Positions 13,243-27,049 of a stretch of DNA of 64,000 nucleotides are shown piece after piece; position 1 is the stretch's first letter; the number at the start of each line of letters is the position of its first letter. Made by a program: the position numbers and the translations under genes. Where the stretch lies: positions 105,524,001-105,588,000 of the forward strand of contig NC_135806.1 of the NCBI RefSeq assembly GCF_964213995.1, written 5' to 3'. This DNA is from Mustelus asterias. Its lineage: Eukaryota. The notes beneath the pieces were generated by a model. It did not search any database and was not told where the DNA came from. It saw nothing but the letters and a program-made list of their open reading frames with translations.

Positions 13243-15020
13243 AAAAGAATATAGGAAGTGCAAGAGGGAACTTAAGAAAGCAATTAGAAGAGCAAAAAGA
13301 GGCATAAAAAAGGACCGATGAACAAGATTAGGGAGAATCTTATAATACTCTATAAATACATTAAGGGAAAGTGGTTAACCAGGGAAAGAGGCAATTAGAG
13401 GCAAAGGGGGAGATGTGTGTGTGAAGCTGCAGGACATTGGAAGGGTGTTAAATGAATACTTCTCATTAGGGGCTCTGGCGCAAATTTTTAATTCTTCTCT
13501 AGCCACTGGAGAAGTACCAGAGGACCGGGGGATGGCTAACGTAATTCCACTTTTCAAGAAGGGTGAGGGCCAGGGTTCCTGCAATTTCCTGCCTTGCCTA
13601 CCACAGCAGCCTGGGATGCAAATCATCTGGCTGGGATTTGTCCATTTTTAAGCCTGTCAAAGCCTCTAATACCTCCTCACCTCCTATGTCAAACTGTTCA
13701 AGGTCCTCACAGTCCCTTTTCCTGAATTTAAGAAGGGTGGTGGAGATGAACTAGGGAATTACTGGCTGGTGAGTCTCACATTAATGGTAGGGAAATTATT
13801 GGAGAAAATTCTGAAGGAGAGAATTAATATCCACTTGGAAAGGCATGGGTTGATTAGGGATGGTCAGCATGGCTTCATCAGAGGGAGGTCATGCCTAACA
13901 AATTTGATAGAATTTTTCAAAAAAGTGATTGATGTAGCTTATATAGATTTTAGCAAAGCCTTCGCCAAGGTCCCACAATCGGACACAAAGGATGGTGGTA
14001 GAGTGCTGGTTGAGTAACTGGAGGCTGGTGTCCAGTGATGTGCCACAAGATTCAGTGCTGGGTCCCTTATTGTTTATTATATACATAAATGATATAAATG
14101 ATAATGTGCGGGGAATGATAAGTAAGTTTGCAGGTGACACCATGATTGGTAGGGTGGTTAATAGTGAAGAAGAAGATCATAGATTACAGGAAGATATAGA
14201 TGGGTTGGTCAGATGGGACACAGCAGTGGCAGATGTTATTTAACCCTGATAAATGTGAGGTGATGCACTTTGGAAGAAGTAACAAAGGAGTATTTAATGA
14301 ATGGCAGGACACTAGATAGCTCAGCACTTATTCATAGATCCCTGAAGGCGGCAGAGCAGGTGAATAGGGTAGTTAAGAAGGCATATGAGGCACTTGTTTT
14401 TATCAATCATGGAACAAGAGTATATGAGCAAGGAGGTTATGTTGGAGCTGTACAGAACATTGGCTAGGCCATAGCTGGAATAGTGCGTGCAGTCCTGGTC
14501 ACCTCATTATAGAAAGGATGTGATTACACTAGAGGGGGTTCAGAGGAGATTCACCAGGATGTTGCCTGGGATGAAGCATTTGAGCTTTAAGGAGAGCCTG
14601 GATAGGCTTGGATTGTTTTCTTTCAAGCAGAGAAGGCTGAGGGGAAATATGATTGATGTGCATAAGATTATGAGCGGTATGGACATGATGAATTGGAATC
14701 AGCTGCTCTCCTTAGTTGAGGGGTCAATCACAAGGGGGCATAGTTTTAGGGTGAGGGGCAGGAGATTCAGAGGGGATTTGAGAAAAAAATATTTTTACTC
14801 AGAGGGTGATGAGAATCTGGACTGCACTGCTTAAGAAGGTAGTGGAGGCCAGAAATCGTACAACCTTTAAAAACGATTTGGATGAACACATGAAATATCA
14901 TAACATTCAAGGATATGGGACAAGTGCTGGAAAATGGGATTATTGCGAATTTAGTGGTAGTTATCGTCGGTGCAGACTTGATGGGCCGAATGGCCTTTTC
15001 TGCACTGTATGACTCTATCA
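13243..15020 (+). mobile_element. Degraded CR1 LINE with an internal inverted segment
   Basis: Broken ORFs with NVIPLFKKG, QHGFIRGRSCLTNL, DFSKAF, VPQDSVLGP, QRRFTRMLPG; tail ctgtatgactctat. Confidence 0.88.
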
Positions 15021-15773
15021 CTCTATGTCAACCCACCTTCGCACTGAACTCAGTAACTGACACAACCGTGTTAGTCTTTACAATGCCAAGTTTCTTAAAG
15101 TATCATGTTGTCTTTTTTTCAAAAAACAAAAAAAATGCAAAATTCAGCCTATTTATTGTACAGTAAAGGTACACAATCGATTTTGGTGGCGTACCAAAAA
15201 AATGCATCACTACGTCAAGCAACTATATTTCACTACCTGCATTTTATTTTTCAGTAAATCATCAGGATCAATTACACCCAACAACTATTTATAAATGGCA
15301 CACTTTCAGTATAACATTCAATGGCACAGCTTAATAAGCAAAAGCTTTGAATTAACGGAAAGGTACTTGCTCACAAAAGCAAAATTGCACCAGCTCTGAA
15401 CCAAGTAATCAGTGCAAGAAGTTAAAATGTGGCAAAATGACCAAGGTTTCAAAACAGAGGGTGAAGAAAGTCAAGACATTTTGCAAGTAAAAATAGATTA
15501 CTTTCATCAGTTTTTACTTCTGCAACACATCTCAAATTATAATTACAACTCAGAACCTTGTTGCAGTCCACTGGAGACCTCCAATGAGCTGGCAAACCCA
15601 TTTTGAACCCAATATTTTCCAGGCAGAAATTTGTCTCTCACAACTTGGCTGAAACTAAGATTTGTACTCGATCCCAGTGAGGGGGCAATACGTTCAAACC
15701 ACTAAATTCCAGGCTCCTGATATGACAATAGACATCACTGAAGGATTCCTCCCAGATCTGATCTATGACTTAC

Positions 15774-15858
15774 ATAATCGTGAAAGGCTTTTGCTTCACT
15801 TGAATGTTCACAAGTTTCTCTTCTTTCAGGTGCCGCACAGTAAAGGTCCCAAAATACA
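15774..15858 (-). CDS. SSBP2: SSBP2 coding exon (exon 4 equivalent): (C)[28 protein letters not shown]
   Basis: tttatttcttgcag|T GTA TTT TGG GAC CTT TAC TGT GCG GCA CCT GAA AGA AGA GAA ACT TGT GAA CAT TCA AGT GAA GCA AAA GCC TTT CAC GAT TAT|gtaagt; 85 nt, phase 2 matches exon 3. ERRETC favours SSBP2 over SSBP3 (ERRDTC) and SSBP4 (DRREAC), from recalled paralog sequences. Confidence 0.93.
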
Positions 15859-17146
15859 CTGCAAGAAATAAACTTTTATTAGTACTCCATATAACTTCAT
15901 CTTTCTTCTGAGAGAATGAAAAATTCATACAATTTATCCATATTTATCTCTAAAAAGAATCAGTATTAAGACCATTAAAATCATTCAATTTTGTTTTTAC
16001 ATGAGCTAAATGACAAACCATTGTAATGAATACTTCTAAGAAAACAGCAGGAGGTCAAAGTATTCTATAGGCTCGCCTTCATTGACAGTTTCGAAAGAGC
16101 TGCCAAAATCAAAACACAACAACTTTTAATGATGCAGGCTTTACTTATAATGAGTTAGTTTGTGGTACGGTACCCCACCATGCCAATCAGCCACTTAAGA
16201 GCCTTAATTAGCCCAAGGGTGAGTGGGCTGCCTGGCCCCTCCCTCAACCTGGGTAAAATATCTGTGGGGAACAGGTGGGCCAGCAGTCATGGTGCCATTG
16301 TCAAAGCACCCAATTTTACCTCCTCAACCCTGTACCACTGCAGGCCCAGCTGCACAGATTTGATTTCCCACTAACAAAAAGGTTTTAGAAATTGAACAGG
16401 CATGTCTAACTTATTGTGGGTGCTGCTCATTACCACCTCCTAGCAAATTCTGGTTCCATGATTTTGAAACAGCAATGAACCACTTGAGCCCTAGAAATTT
16501 AAAGAACCCTTGAAAATCCAGGATGGATTGGTCGAAAGTGGCTCCAATTCAGCAACAAAATCAGCATGTTCGCAAGTTTTGACAAGCACTTATCATGAAG
16601 TGCTGCGGGCCCACCATGAAGAAGCCCAACTCCTTCCCTCTCCTCAAGCAGAGAAGGTATGAACCAAGATGATCAAGTAAACTTTGTCACCGATACAGGT
16701 TATGGAACTTCTGCATGTTCTGAGGCTTTGTAGGTGGCTAGGCAGCCATCCACCAGGGTTTCAACTTCACCTATGGAAATGCTCAACATTAACCATCAAG
16801 TTAAAGAAGTTCACAATGAAAACAAAATGTATCAGAAAAACACATTAAACATGCACATCATAGCACTGCACAACTTAAATGTCATTAAAAAATTGTGGTA
16901 GCATCTTTAATGCTGCTTTGAAACAATGTTCAAAGGAGCACCAAAAAAAAAATCAAACTTTTGGTACTTTTTCCTAACATTCCACCATTCTTGATTTGTA
17001 TTTGTTTGTTTCAATGATATCGACAGAAGTATGTCACCTCAAATTTATTAGAGGCTTTGCAGCTTTATTCTTCCAAAATATGCAAATGTTTTAGTGAATA
17101 CTTTCATCCCTCTCTTTGGTCTGTTCTTAGACCAGGATATTGTAGA

Positions 17147-17423
17147 GGGGCGGCACGGTGGCACAGTGGTTAGCACTGCTGCCTCACAGTGCCAAGGGCC
17201 TGGGTTCGATTCCCAGCTTGGGTCATTGTGCAGAGTCTGCATGTTTTCCCCGTGCCTGCGTGGGTTTCCTCCGGGTGCTCCAGTTTCCTCCCACAGTCTG
17301 AAAGGCGTGCTGGTTAGGTGCATTGACCCAAACAGGTGCCGGAGTGTGGCAACTAGGGGAATTTTGCAGTAACTTCATTGCAGTGTTAATGTAAGCCTTA
17401 CTTGTGACTAATAAATAAACTTT
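17147..17423 (+). mobile_element. HE1-type tRNA-derived SINE
   Basis: ggcacggtggcacagtggttagc (A box), gggttcgattccc (B box), core gggtttcctccgggtgctccagtttcctcccacag, tail taataaataaacttt. Confidence 0.85.
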
Positions 17424-17849
17424 ATTAGAGCTTGCACGTTTTATTGATAGCAATCATTTTCTGCTTCTCAACAGTTTTGCCACAAACTTTTCTTATGCAG
17501 TTAGACATTATGCAAAAGAAAGGGCATTAAATCAAACAGTTTTATCGTTAAATAGGTTTTTACTTTTGTACACATTGAAAGAAAATGTTTTGCTGAAACA
17601 CAAGGGTCATTTTTCCAGGGCCTTGGAGACACAGAGTCGGGTCAATTTTCAGTGATTATCCAGCACAAAAACATTTTGCCAGCATCACATAGGCTCCCCA
17701 TTGGCCTGGATTTTCACTACTCTGGCAGTGCCTTGAGTCAGAGAATAATAGATTCATACAGCGCAGAAAAGTCTCTTCGGCCTATCAAGTCTGCACTGAC
17801 AATAACTACTACTGAGAGTGTGCTAATCCCATTTTCCTGACTCTCTGCC

Positions 17850-19650
17850 CCCACCTCGATAGAAAGGCCTCCAACTGGTGCAATCTGTTAGACATTGCAA
17901 GCAGAACCTTTGCCCTTCCACCTACCTTTTCACCACCTATTAATCAAGGTGTGGTCATTTAACTGTGCCTTGCCCACAACCCTCACAGTGGCACAACGTC
18001 ATCACAGACCAGTGTGACTCAGAGAGTACAGATCAGCAGAATCCTGTGTGCTCGGGAATGCAACAAACCATGTTGACATGCCAGAAAGATATGCCAGGCC
18101 ATCCTGTATTCCCCCACCAGCATCAACCAGCGTTGAGCTAGAGAATCGTGTGAGTAGACAGAGGTTATGTGTAGTGATTAACAAAGCTGGAATCCTTACT
18201 TGCCCATGTGCTTTGTTCATTCTTACGCCAGGATATTGGAGAGGAAGCCAGCTGTTGAAGAAGCGGGAGGAGTGGCATCCACCTTCTGTGACTAGGACCT
18301 TCAGATTCTGGTCAAAGATGTGCAATGGAGAAGGGAGACCATATACCCCACAGGCAGGTATAACATGCCTACTGTGATAAACAGAGGGTGGCAAGAGATT
18401 ATATCCACTGTGAGCACAGCAGGTGAACATCAACTCACTTGCATCCATTGCCACAAGAGATTTGATGACCAGCTGTGCTCTGGCACAACAAATTGTTTGG
18501 CAGAAGCACACAGAGGTGCCAGTGTTGGATGACATCTGCATGCTGCACCTTGGCACATATGTCTGAGGCATTCATGTAGATCCAAGCAGATGAGGGTTAA
18601 CATCTGAATGACCACATCAAAAAACATTGTTCCTGGCAGCACGACATAATGTGTTTACATCTGTCTTTATGTTATATTTGCAAGAAGTCAGAGAGATGGC
18701 CCAGACTGGATGTGGTTCCTTGAGGCTACTGGCAATTCGTAACATCGAGGAGACAGCTATGGAAGTAGTAAGGGCTCCAACCAAGCTCTTTATTGGTGAT
18801 GGTGAATCGCCTATAGCAAGTGACAACGGTTGTGTTAGAAGCACTTTCATGCATGATGTCATGGTGGAGGTAATGCTGTTCATGCCTTAGGCAGAAGGGG
18901 AAATTGGTTTGAGGGTGAGTGCAAATGGTGGGTTGCATGATAAGGGTTCTGCAAAGATTGGTTGAAGGCAATGGCCTGGATCCACTCGTGCTCTCAAAAT
19001 ATTAAGGACTTATTCTAATTACCTCCTTTTGTGTCACAGAGGTACCAGGAAGAGGAAGAAATGCCCTTCCTCTTCCTGATACCCTCAGGTATCAGGAAGA
19101 GGAAGAAATGCACAATCACATCTGACCAGCCCACTATCTACTACAGGATACTTGCATTTCAGGTGGATGTAGCCCACATATAGAGTAAGTGGCATGTGGT
19201 GAAGGGCAGCCCACAGATTGCAGGAGAAGATGTCAGAGCCAGAAACGTCTAAGCACAATCCCTCTCAGAGGAGGGAAGGCAGTAACAATGAGGCCCTATT
19301 ACAACTTCAGGAGTCACCTTTTGGCACACAGTGCTTTGAACATCAGCAGTAGATACGCAAACATCTTGTGGAGTTCCCAGAAGCAGTAAGAACTCATACA
19401 CTTCGAGTGGAAGAGTCCATTGCGGTGATAAGCTCTTGCCTAAGGGGCTTGATCACATGAACCCCAAACAAGAAAGAATGGTCAATCTCACGGCCAATCT
19501 CATGGAAACACAGAATTAATGCAAGAGCAACATGACACCCTGAAAAGGGTTCAAGGCTCACTCAGTTGTCTGGAGCAGACTGTTCATAGTATGAGCACTG
19601 ATCTCCAAAGTGTATGTGAGGAGTTGCATACCCATAACCCCTAACAGGTA
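17850..19650 (+). mobile_element. Degraded PIF/Harbinger remnant with Myb/SANT-like ORF
   Basis: Frame of 18320-18532 reads DLQILVKDVQWRRETIYP..RGWQEIISTVS..LTCIHCHKRFDD, the W-E-I..VS..T..C-KRF-D pattern of the Harbinger Myb-like protein; boundaries approximate. Confidence 0.55.
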
Positions 19651-20731
19651 ATCTAGCATCTTCTCCTGTTCACAAGAAGTTATATTAGACTCGAAATGTT
19701 AAATGTTACTCTCTTGAGAGATGCTGAAGAATCTTGCCCACCCGCCCCCACACCCCCCCCCTCCCCACCCCCGCAATTCTCAACTACATATCTCCAATTA
19801 AATATTGCGTAACAGTAGGCAGTAATCAGCCAGAGATTTTTTATTTATTTATCATGTATCCATGAAACTTCATGAAGCCTAGAGTCAATGTTGAGGAATC
19901 CCATCTGATTGTATGCCACTTTGTCCTCCATCTGTGGATCCGCTCGCTATCTCTGGAACAGACATAACTAAGGATAATGATGGATGTGTCTGTAATGTTG
20001 GCTAATACGCATTGTTCAATGAATATATCAAGTTGTAGTATCTGTCAGGCAGGTCTCCTAACTTGAGAACCAATTCCCTAAATGTTCGAGAGAAGAGCTG
20101 GCAAGTTGACATTATTTTAATATTTATTCTTGGGATGTGTATGATCTTATCAAGGCTGCATCCTCAGTTGCCCTGACATTCAATGCGGTCTCCAGTTCTC
20201 AGTTTCTAATCTTCAGTCCTTAGTTTATTTCTAGTTTTTGTATTACTTTGTCCAGCATATGTAGAAGGGCATCTTTGTGAAACTGAAAGTTAATCTCTGA
20301 GAAAGTGAAAGGTTACAAAAGTTAAGGCTGTATAGCCATTCTAGCTAGATACATGCAGATGTGTGTGCCAATTAGATGTACAACTCACATGAAATGAAGG
20401 AATGTGAAACTTGAGCCCAATAATCCAGAAACAGCGACTAATATAAAAGGTGTAGTTAACCAGGAGCAGAGGATCGAGAAGGAAGGGGCAGAACATCAAG
20501 ATACAGACACATCTATGTCTCAGAAGACATAAGTGCTGTTGCTTTGTGGATAAAAACTGAAATATTATAAGATAGCTAACTCTAGGAAAGGCAAGAGTTA
20601 CATGGCAAAGGACTGTATCAATGGAAAATAAACTAGGAAATTTATTTTTTAGTTGGAGGTGAGTTCTCATTTAAAACAAACTAATGTTGTAGGCAAATGT
20701 CATCCTCTTCATTTATTAACATAACAGGCAC

Positions 20732-21904
20732 CAAGGTGCCTCACAAAAGGTTGCTGCAGAAGATTGGGGTACACGGAGTTAGGGGTAAGATGTTGGCGTG
20801 GATTGGGGATTGGCTATCTAACAGGAAGCAGAGAGTTGGGATAAATGGGTGCTTTTCTGGTTGGCAGTTGGTGACCAGTGGCGTGCCGCAGGGATCGGTG
20901 CTGGGGCCTCAATTGTTTACCATTTACATAGATGATCTGGAGGAGGGGACTGAATGTAGGGTATTCAAGTTTGCTGATGACACGAAGGTGAGTGGGAAAG
21001 CGAATTGCGTGGAGGACGCGGAAAGTCTGCAGAGAGATTTGGATAGGCTGAGCGAGTGGGCGAGGATCTGGCAGATGGAATATAACGTTAGAAAATGTGA
21101 GGTTATCCACTTTGGAAGAAATAATAGTAAATTGGAATATTATTTAAATGGAGAAAAATTACATCGTGCGACTGTGCAGAGGGACCTGGGGGTCCTTGTG
21201 CACGAATCGCAAAACCTCAGTCTGCAGGTGCAGCAGGTGATCAAGAAGGCGAATGGAATGTTGGCCTTTATCGCGAGGGGGATAGAATATAAAAGCAGGG
21301 AGGTCTTGCTGCAACTGTACAAGGCACTGGTGAGGCCGCAACTGGAGTACTGTGTGCAGTTTTGGTCCCCTTATTTGCGAAAGGATATATTGGCCTTGGA
21401 GGGAGTGCAGAGAAGGTTCACCAGGTTGATACCGGAGATGAGGGGTGTAGCTTATGAGGAGAGATTAAACAGATTGTACTCGTTGGAGTTTAGAAGGATG
21501 AGGGGTGATCTTATAGAGACATATAAGATAATGAAGGGGCTGGATAGGGTAGAGGTGGAGAGATTCTTTCCACTTAGAAGGGAAACCAGAACTAGTGGGC
21601 ACAGCCTCAAAATAAGGGGGGGCCGGTTCAGAACAGAGTTGAGGGGGAACTTCTTCTCTCAGATGGTAGTGAATCTCTGGAATTCTCTGCCCATTGAAGT
21701 GGTGGAGGCTTCCTCGTTGAATATGTTTAAATCACGGGTAGATAGTTTTCTGATCGATAAGGGAATTAGGGGATATGGGGAGCAGGCGGGTAACTGGAAC
21801 TGATTCACTTCAGATCAGCCATGATCTTGTTGAATGGCGGGGCAGGCTCGAAGGGCCAGATGGCCTACTCCTGCTCCTATTTCTTATGTTCTTATGTTCT
21901 TATG
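20732..21904 (+). mobile_element. CR1 LINE 3' fragment with open RT C-terminal frame
   Basis: ORF 20697-21803 ([32 protein letters not shown]); tail (ttcttatg)3. Confidence 0.93.
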
Positions 21905-22078
21905 AATTCTCCATAATTTTTTATCCTAATTTTGTTGACATATTCACTGTGCATTCAAACTGTTTTTAAAATTTTGCTTTAATTCAGCATGCATTTGTCT
22001 ATCAGGATTGCAATGACTAAAATGGTAAGAATATGCATGTATATACTGAGTATCTCTTGCATGTCATTGATTAAATCA

Positions 22079-22890
22079 GGCAGAATCTTCCCAGCCTAAT
22101 TGAGGCAGATTAGGAGGTGGGAGAAAATTAGGAAGATTGGGAATAAGTGCCCTGGGTCTTCGACTTGAAACTTTCATGCTTTGTGCCTTGGTACAATTTT
22201 GTTAGCGGCAGGGTGATACCAGCATCAGCTACATCTCCCAGTAGAGTGGCGGGTGGCTAATGATAAGCAATTATGGGCCCACTTGTGACTGCAACAGTTC
22301 AAGAAAGCAACTCACCACCATCTTCACAAGGACAATTAGGGATGGGTAATAAATGCTGGCCTTGCCAGTAGCACTCATATCCCATGAATGAATAAACAAA
22401 AAAAAATGGTGACCTGCTACCAGGATTTTACCAACAGAGGATAGGCCTTCTTGGCGGAGGAAGAAGCCCAACAGATACCTGGAGGTGGCCTCCCACTGCA
22501 GCCCAGGGAAGAGGGTCAGCATGCCCTGCTTCAAATGCCTCCTCCACTCATTCCCCACGCTGCACCACACCTCGAGGAATGATAGAGGGTCACAGCCATA
22601 GCTGCAGGCCTTACTGTGAAAGAGTTCCCCTCCACAATGTTGGTCTGACAGCTGCAACCAGTTTCTTAAATGTTTGATTGAAGTACTCAGAGGGTGCCTC
22701 AATCTTGGAGTGCCCTTGTAGGTTCCTTCCTACATCTGCATGACCATCCAGCGTTTTAGGCATTCCCATTGGTCCTCCAGTCAGTGCAATCCATTGCCAT
22801 CCTTAAATGAACTGGGGTCCAGGAGGTGGCTTCTTCACATCTCTGGCAAGATCATGCAAGTGGGAGGCCCTCATAGATCATCGGAAACTG
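22079..22890. mobile_element. Degraded Harbinger-type MITE containing an L2-like 3' end (22270-22407)
   Basis: Starts ggcagaatcttccc; inserted caattagggatgggtaataaatgctggcc...gaatgaataaacaaaaaaaaa. Confidence 0.45.
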
Positions 22891-24004
22891 GACCCAACAC
22901 TGGCCCAATCCACCGTTATTTGTATTACAGATGCCGATGTAACATACTGACTTTGTATCTGCAGGATAGAATGCTTATTTGTGCTTGTAAGTGGTGACAG
23001 AGCACTACAGAAGTACAATCTTGTAAGATCCTTTGGAGAACATGGATTCAAATATGATTTTCGATCCAGTTTCTACCGGTGTATGAGGTGGTTATTCACA
23101 ACTAGGTCATCTGAGAAAATGAGGAGAGTGATGATGGGGAGGTCACCATCTTTATCAATTTGCCATATTCTGCAGTAAACCAAGAAGTGACAGTGAATCA
23201 AACATATTCAAGGGTTATATTGTGGTTCTCTTGGGACCAAAAGAGAGTAAATGGATTGGAAATATGTTGGATAGGTGAGTAATATATGAAATGCAAGCAA
23301 AACATGCATTTGTTTACCTGATTTTTAATGAAATTAAAGTGTTGCTATATTGACTGCATTTAAACACCAGTGCTCCTACAGTTTTAGAAATTCTGCTACA
23401 TGAGAAAGAAATTAAGAAAAGATGTATTTCTCAATGATACTATAAAGAAAGACTTGCATTTATATAGTGTGCATCAGGACCTCCCAAAGAATCTTTGAAG
23501 CCAAATAGTACTGGTGAATGTCGTCACTTGGTATAAAATCATTAATATTAATTGGAGACATGGTTAATGTAAATTGAGGTAGAGCACACTGACGATAATT
23601 TTGACTTTGTACAATAATAGTGATTCAGCCGTCTCTTTCACATCTCTGCTGATTTAAATTTATTTGAACTCAATGGAAATAAAAACTAAGAGCTGTAAAT
23701 GGGCTGCTGATTCACTATTACAGAAAGTGATCAGTAACTCCATAATTTTTGTATGACACTCCACTAAGTGTTAGCCAAACCCCTCCAAGCTATAATGTGT
23801 ACATGTAAATGACAGGCAAAGTACTGAGTTTGAGCTTATAGCTATTCAGGTGGAAAATAAACATCATTCTATTCCTAGTACCAGGATGTCTTTGTACGAT
23901 TAATTTTAATATAAATGTGTTTTCCTATTTATCTTCTGTAATTCCTTAATTGAGCAATGAAATTGCAGAAGTGCTTTCATTTAAAGAATCGTTTGATAGT
24001 ACAG

Positions 24005-24690
24005 AACTTGAATGTTGCTGAAAAGAGACATGCTGCCAAAGCTTTTTGTCTTCCACTTATCAGGACATATGCAAGAATGTCAACATTCAAACGATCATGG
24101 CAATTTATACTATAGTTGATTGGCTAGAAGTCGACTCTGATCGGCCAACTCATTGCCAAGGAGAAAGCAAGTCAGATCATTCAAAAAATGCAAAATGCTT
24201 GAACATATTCCTTTTGATTGCAGAGAACAGGCCACTGCATGTAAATGTATATCACTTCTAGCAAGCGTATTATCTTACTGATTATCTTAAATTGGCTGTT
24301 AGTGTAGCTATTAGCATACTCAAGATTGCTCAGCAAGTGCTGTCCAATCACAAAATCATACCTAACAGTAGGCATTGTTTTTTGAGTTTGTGCAGGCTGG
24401 TTGAGTTAGGACTGTACTCTGCCTATTATGAAGAGAAGGGGGAACTTATTGCTCGATTTGATAAACCAATTGTTCCCGATTTATTTCATGCTACCTTAGA
24501 AAGGCAAAGTATATCAAAAATTTGAACAAGAGGTTAAGTGAGCCATTTCTTAGTGATCACACAAGTGGTATTTTTCACTAATAGCATGCTGCCACCAGTC
24601 CAAAAAGACATTCCACTACCACATAATTGACCAATACCATGTATAACTTCAGTGCCTATACAATGCCAGGATCATAGGCTGTATGTCCCA
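24005..24690 (-). mobile_element. Ancient Penelope-like remnant (same family as 6780-7620)
   Basis: ORF 24181-24375(-) VIGQHLLSN..YTNSQFKIIS; minus-strand gtc CTGATAA gtggaagac AAAA agcttt is a decayed hammerhead core. Confidence 0.6.
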
Positions 24691-25074
24691 AATGATTAGC
24701 AATAATGTAAGGTTTTTAAAAAAAATCAAGTTTACTGAAAAGTGAAATACAATAAAGATGAAGCAAAAGACACAAACATACATTCTAACTTTCCCATTCT
24801 GACTTGGTCTACCTTCAAAACCCAATTGGCTAGATGGCTAGTGTGTGATTTAGAATAACACCAACGGCATGGGTTCAATTCCAGCTCCAGCTTCTCAACC
24901 CTTTTACACTAGCTTTGTGAGTAAAAGGCAATGGCAAAGCAGCACTAAGAAAAACTGCCAAGGAAGTGACTCAGGATGATGCACCAGCAGACAATGAGCC
25001 AAAGGACGCCCTTTGAGCAGGGCAGGCACAAACGCTAAGTTTTACCAATTGGTGTACACAAGTGTTCCACTATT

Positions 25075-25425
25075 ATAGAATCACTGCAGTGTAGGAAGGC
25101 GGCCATTCGGCGCATTGGGTCTACACCATCTCTCCGAAAGAACATCTTACCCAGCACCTCCCCATATCCAAGCAACCCTGCACATTTACCACGGCTAATC
25201 CACCTAACCTGTACATCTTTAGACAATAAGGGGCAATTTAGCTTGGCCAATCCACCTAACCGGCACATCTTTGGAAGTGTGGAAGGGGGAAACCTGATCA
25301 CCTGGAGGAAACCCACACAGACACGGGGAGAACATGCAAACTCCACACAGACAGTCACCCAAGGCCGGAACCTGGATTCTTGGCACTGTGAGATAGCAGT
25401 GCTAACCACTGTACCACCTTTCCCT
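25075..25425 (-). mobile_element. HE1-type SINE
   Basis: Reverse complement of SINE head and core (cagtgctaaccactgtaccacc, ggaggaaacccacacagacacggggagaac). Confidence 0.82.
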
Positions 25426-26303
25426 CCATGTCCTTGGCAATTCTATGTAAAATTCTCCATTGGCACCAATGTGAGACTAAACTGGTCCCTAGTTAACTAT
25501 CCTTAACGTGCCTTTTAAATTTGGCATCGCATTTTCTGTCCTCATGAACCACATTTTTTTTCAAATGAGTTGCTAAATATTTCTGCTATACTAGTACTAG
25601 CACATTCCTGAGGTCCATCCAAACCAGGTGTTCTATTCACGTGGTTCTTAATCTAGTGACCAACTATCTCAACAGTATAGTTAATGTTATTATCTGGCTA
25701 AATTTGTCTTGGGATATTTATTTTGTTTCTATTCTACACCTTTTTTTAATCATAATGTCAAGTAGTAGTCATGTTGATAGAGTAAGTCACAATGTTGAAC
25801 AAATTACCAAAAATATATATTTGTAACACCACAAAAAAATAGTGTCCAGTTTTAAAAGATCTACTTTGCTAAAGCACTTCTCAGGAGATACAAATTACAG
25901 TCTGCTTTGCGAACGGTGAATGCACAAGAAAGGAGAAGTAAAAAGTCAAAGCAATGTAAAGGGGAGGGGGAAATATAATGGGGCAGTAAGATAAATGTGG
26001 AGAAATGGGGCAGTGGCTTTGAGGAGGGAGGAAAGTTTTGGGAGGGAAGAAAAAGTTGAAAATGGGATTTCAGGGGACGGAGAAACTGGGAAGAAAGTAG
26101 GAATGGTGGAGGAAGGAAGGAGAATGCCAGTGTCAACAGATGGAGAGTGAAAGAGCCAACCTAAACTTGGAGGAAGAGCAAAGATCATTGCCAGCTTAAG
26201 CTAAGACAGTTAGTTGAAGCAAACGAAAAAATAGAGAGCCAGCTTGAACTTGGGGAGAAGAACAATGGAGCCAGTTTGAAATGGGGGACATGTGATAATA
26301 ATG

Positions 26304-26345
26304 AATCAAATCAAATCAAATGATCAAATCAAATCAACCAACCAA
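26304..26345 (+). repeat. (AAATC)n microsatellite
   Basis: aatcaaatcaaatcaaatgatcaaatcaaatcaacc. Confidence 0.7.
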
Positions 26346-27049
26346 CAATATCTCCATGGCTCCTGCTCACCGTATAACAAGTCAACCCAATCCATGATCT
26401 CTCTCTGGGCTCCCCATTAAGTTTACCCTGTTATTTCATGATAGAATAAGGAGCAAGTCCTAGTAATAAATCCTTCTTCCAAAAACCTCCCACACCATCC
26501 CCGTTCATCCCTAGAAATCCATCACTAGCTCATGCAGACATTTGGAAGGAACGTGTTCAACTCAACAATTTACTGCCTAGATCTGACTAAAACTAACTGG
26601 AGAGAAAAAAGTATCAAATGCTTTTTAAATTTCATTTGCAAAGTTACAAAATTCAGGAAATGTTTCCTTTTTAAGTAGGGAAAAATATAATGCCCATGTG
26701 GACAACAAACCACTAGAAAATACAAAATGTCAAAAATTTGCATTTCCTCGCAGGAGGGAAATGGTTCCAGACATTCAAGCATCAAATTACAAATTTTCCA
26801 TGTGGTATTTCACATCCCCTTTGTGGTAAAAATAGAAACTGCTGCTGCTTGCTAGGTTCATGATCAATGACAGCACAGAGGCATTTTCTCCTGTACTTCG
26901 GAGAACAAGATTCCTAGGTACAGGAGGAATAATGCAGTGCTTCTAGCAGAGATACCAATTCAATGCACCAATTTAAAACAAACATGGAACAATATTTTTA
27001 TACATCACATTAGTACTCAGGCGTAACTTATAAATATTAGACCCTAGAT

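Noticed and set aside
1-15773. Next SSBP2 exon (SAAAAPSPVLGN..) and, at the other end of the window, exon 1
   Set aside because: Not found by eye; presumably outside the window
17147-17230. tRNA gene (A and B boxes)
   Set aside because: SINE head continuous with HE1 core and tail; no cloverleaf
25925-26290. Purine-rich tract, plus poly-G runs at ~45783 and ~53178
   Set aside because: Simple low-complexity sequence with no further structure
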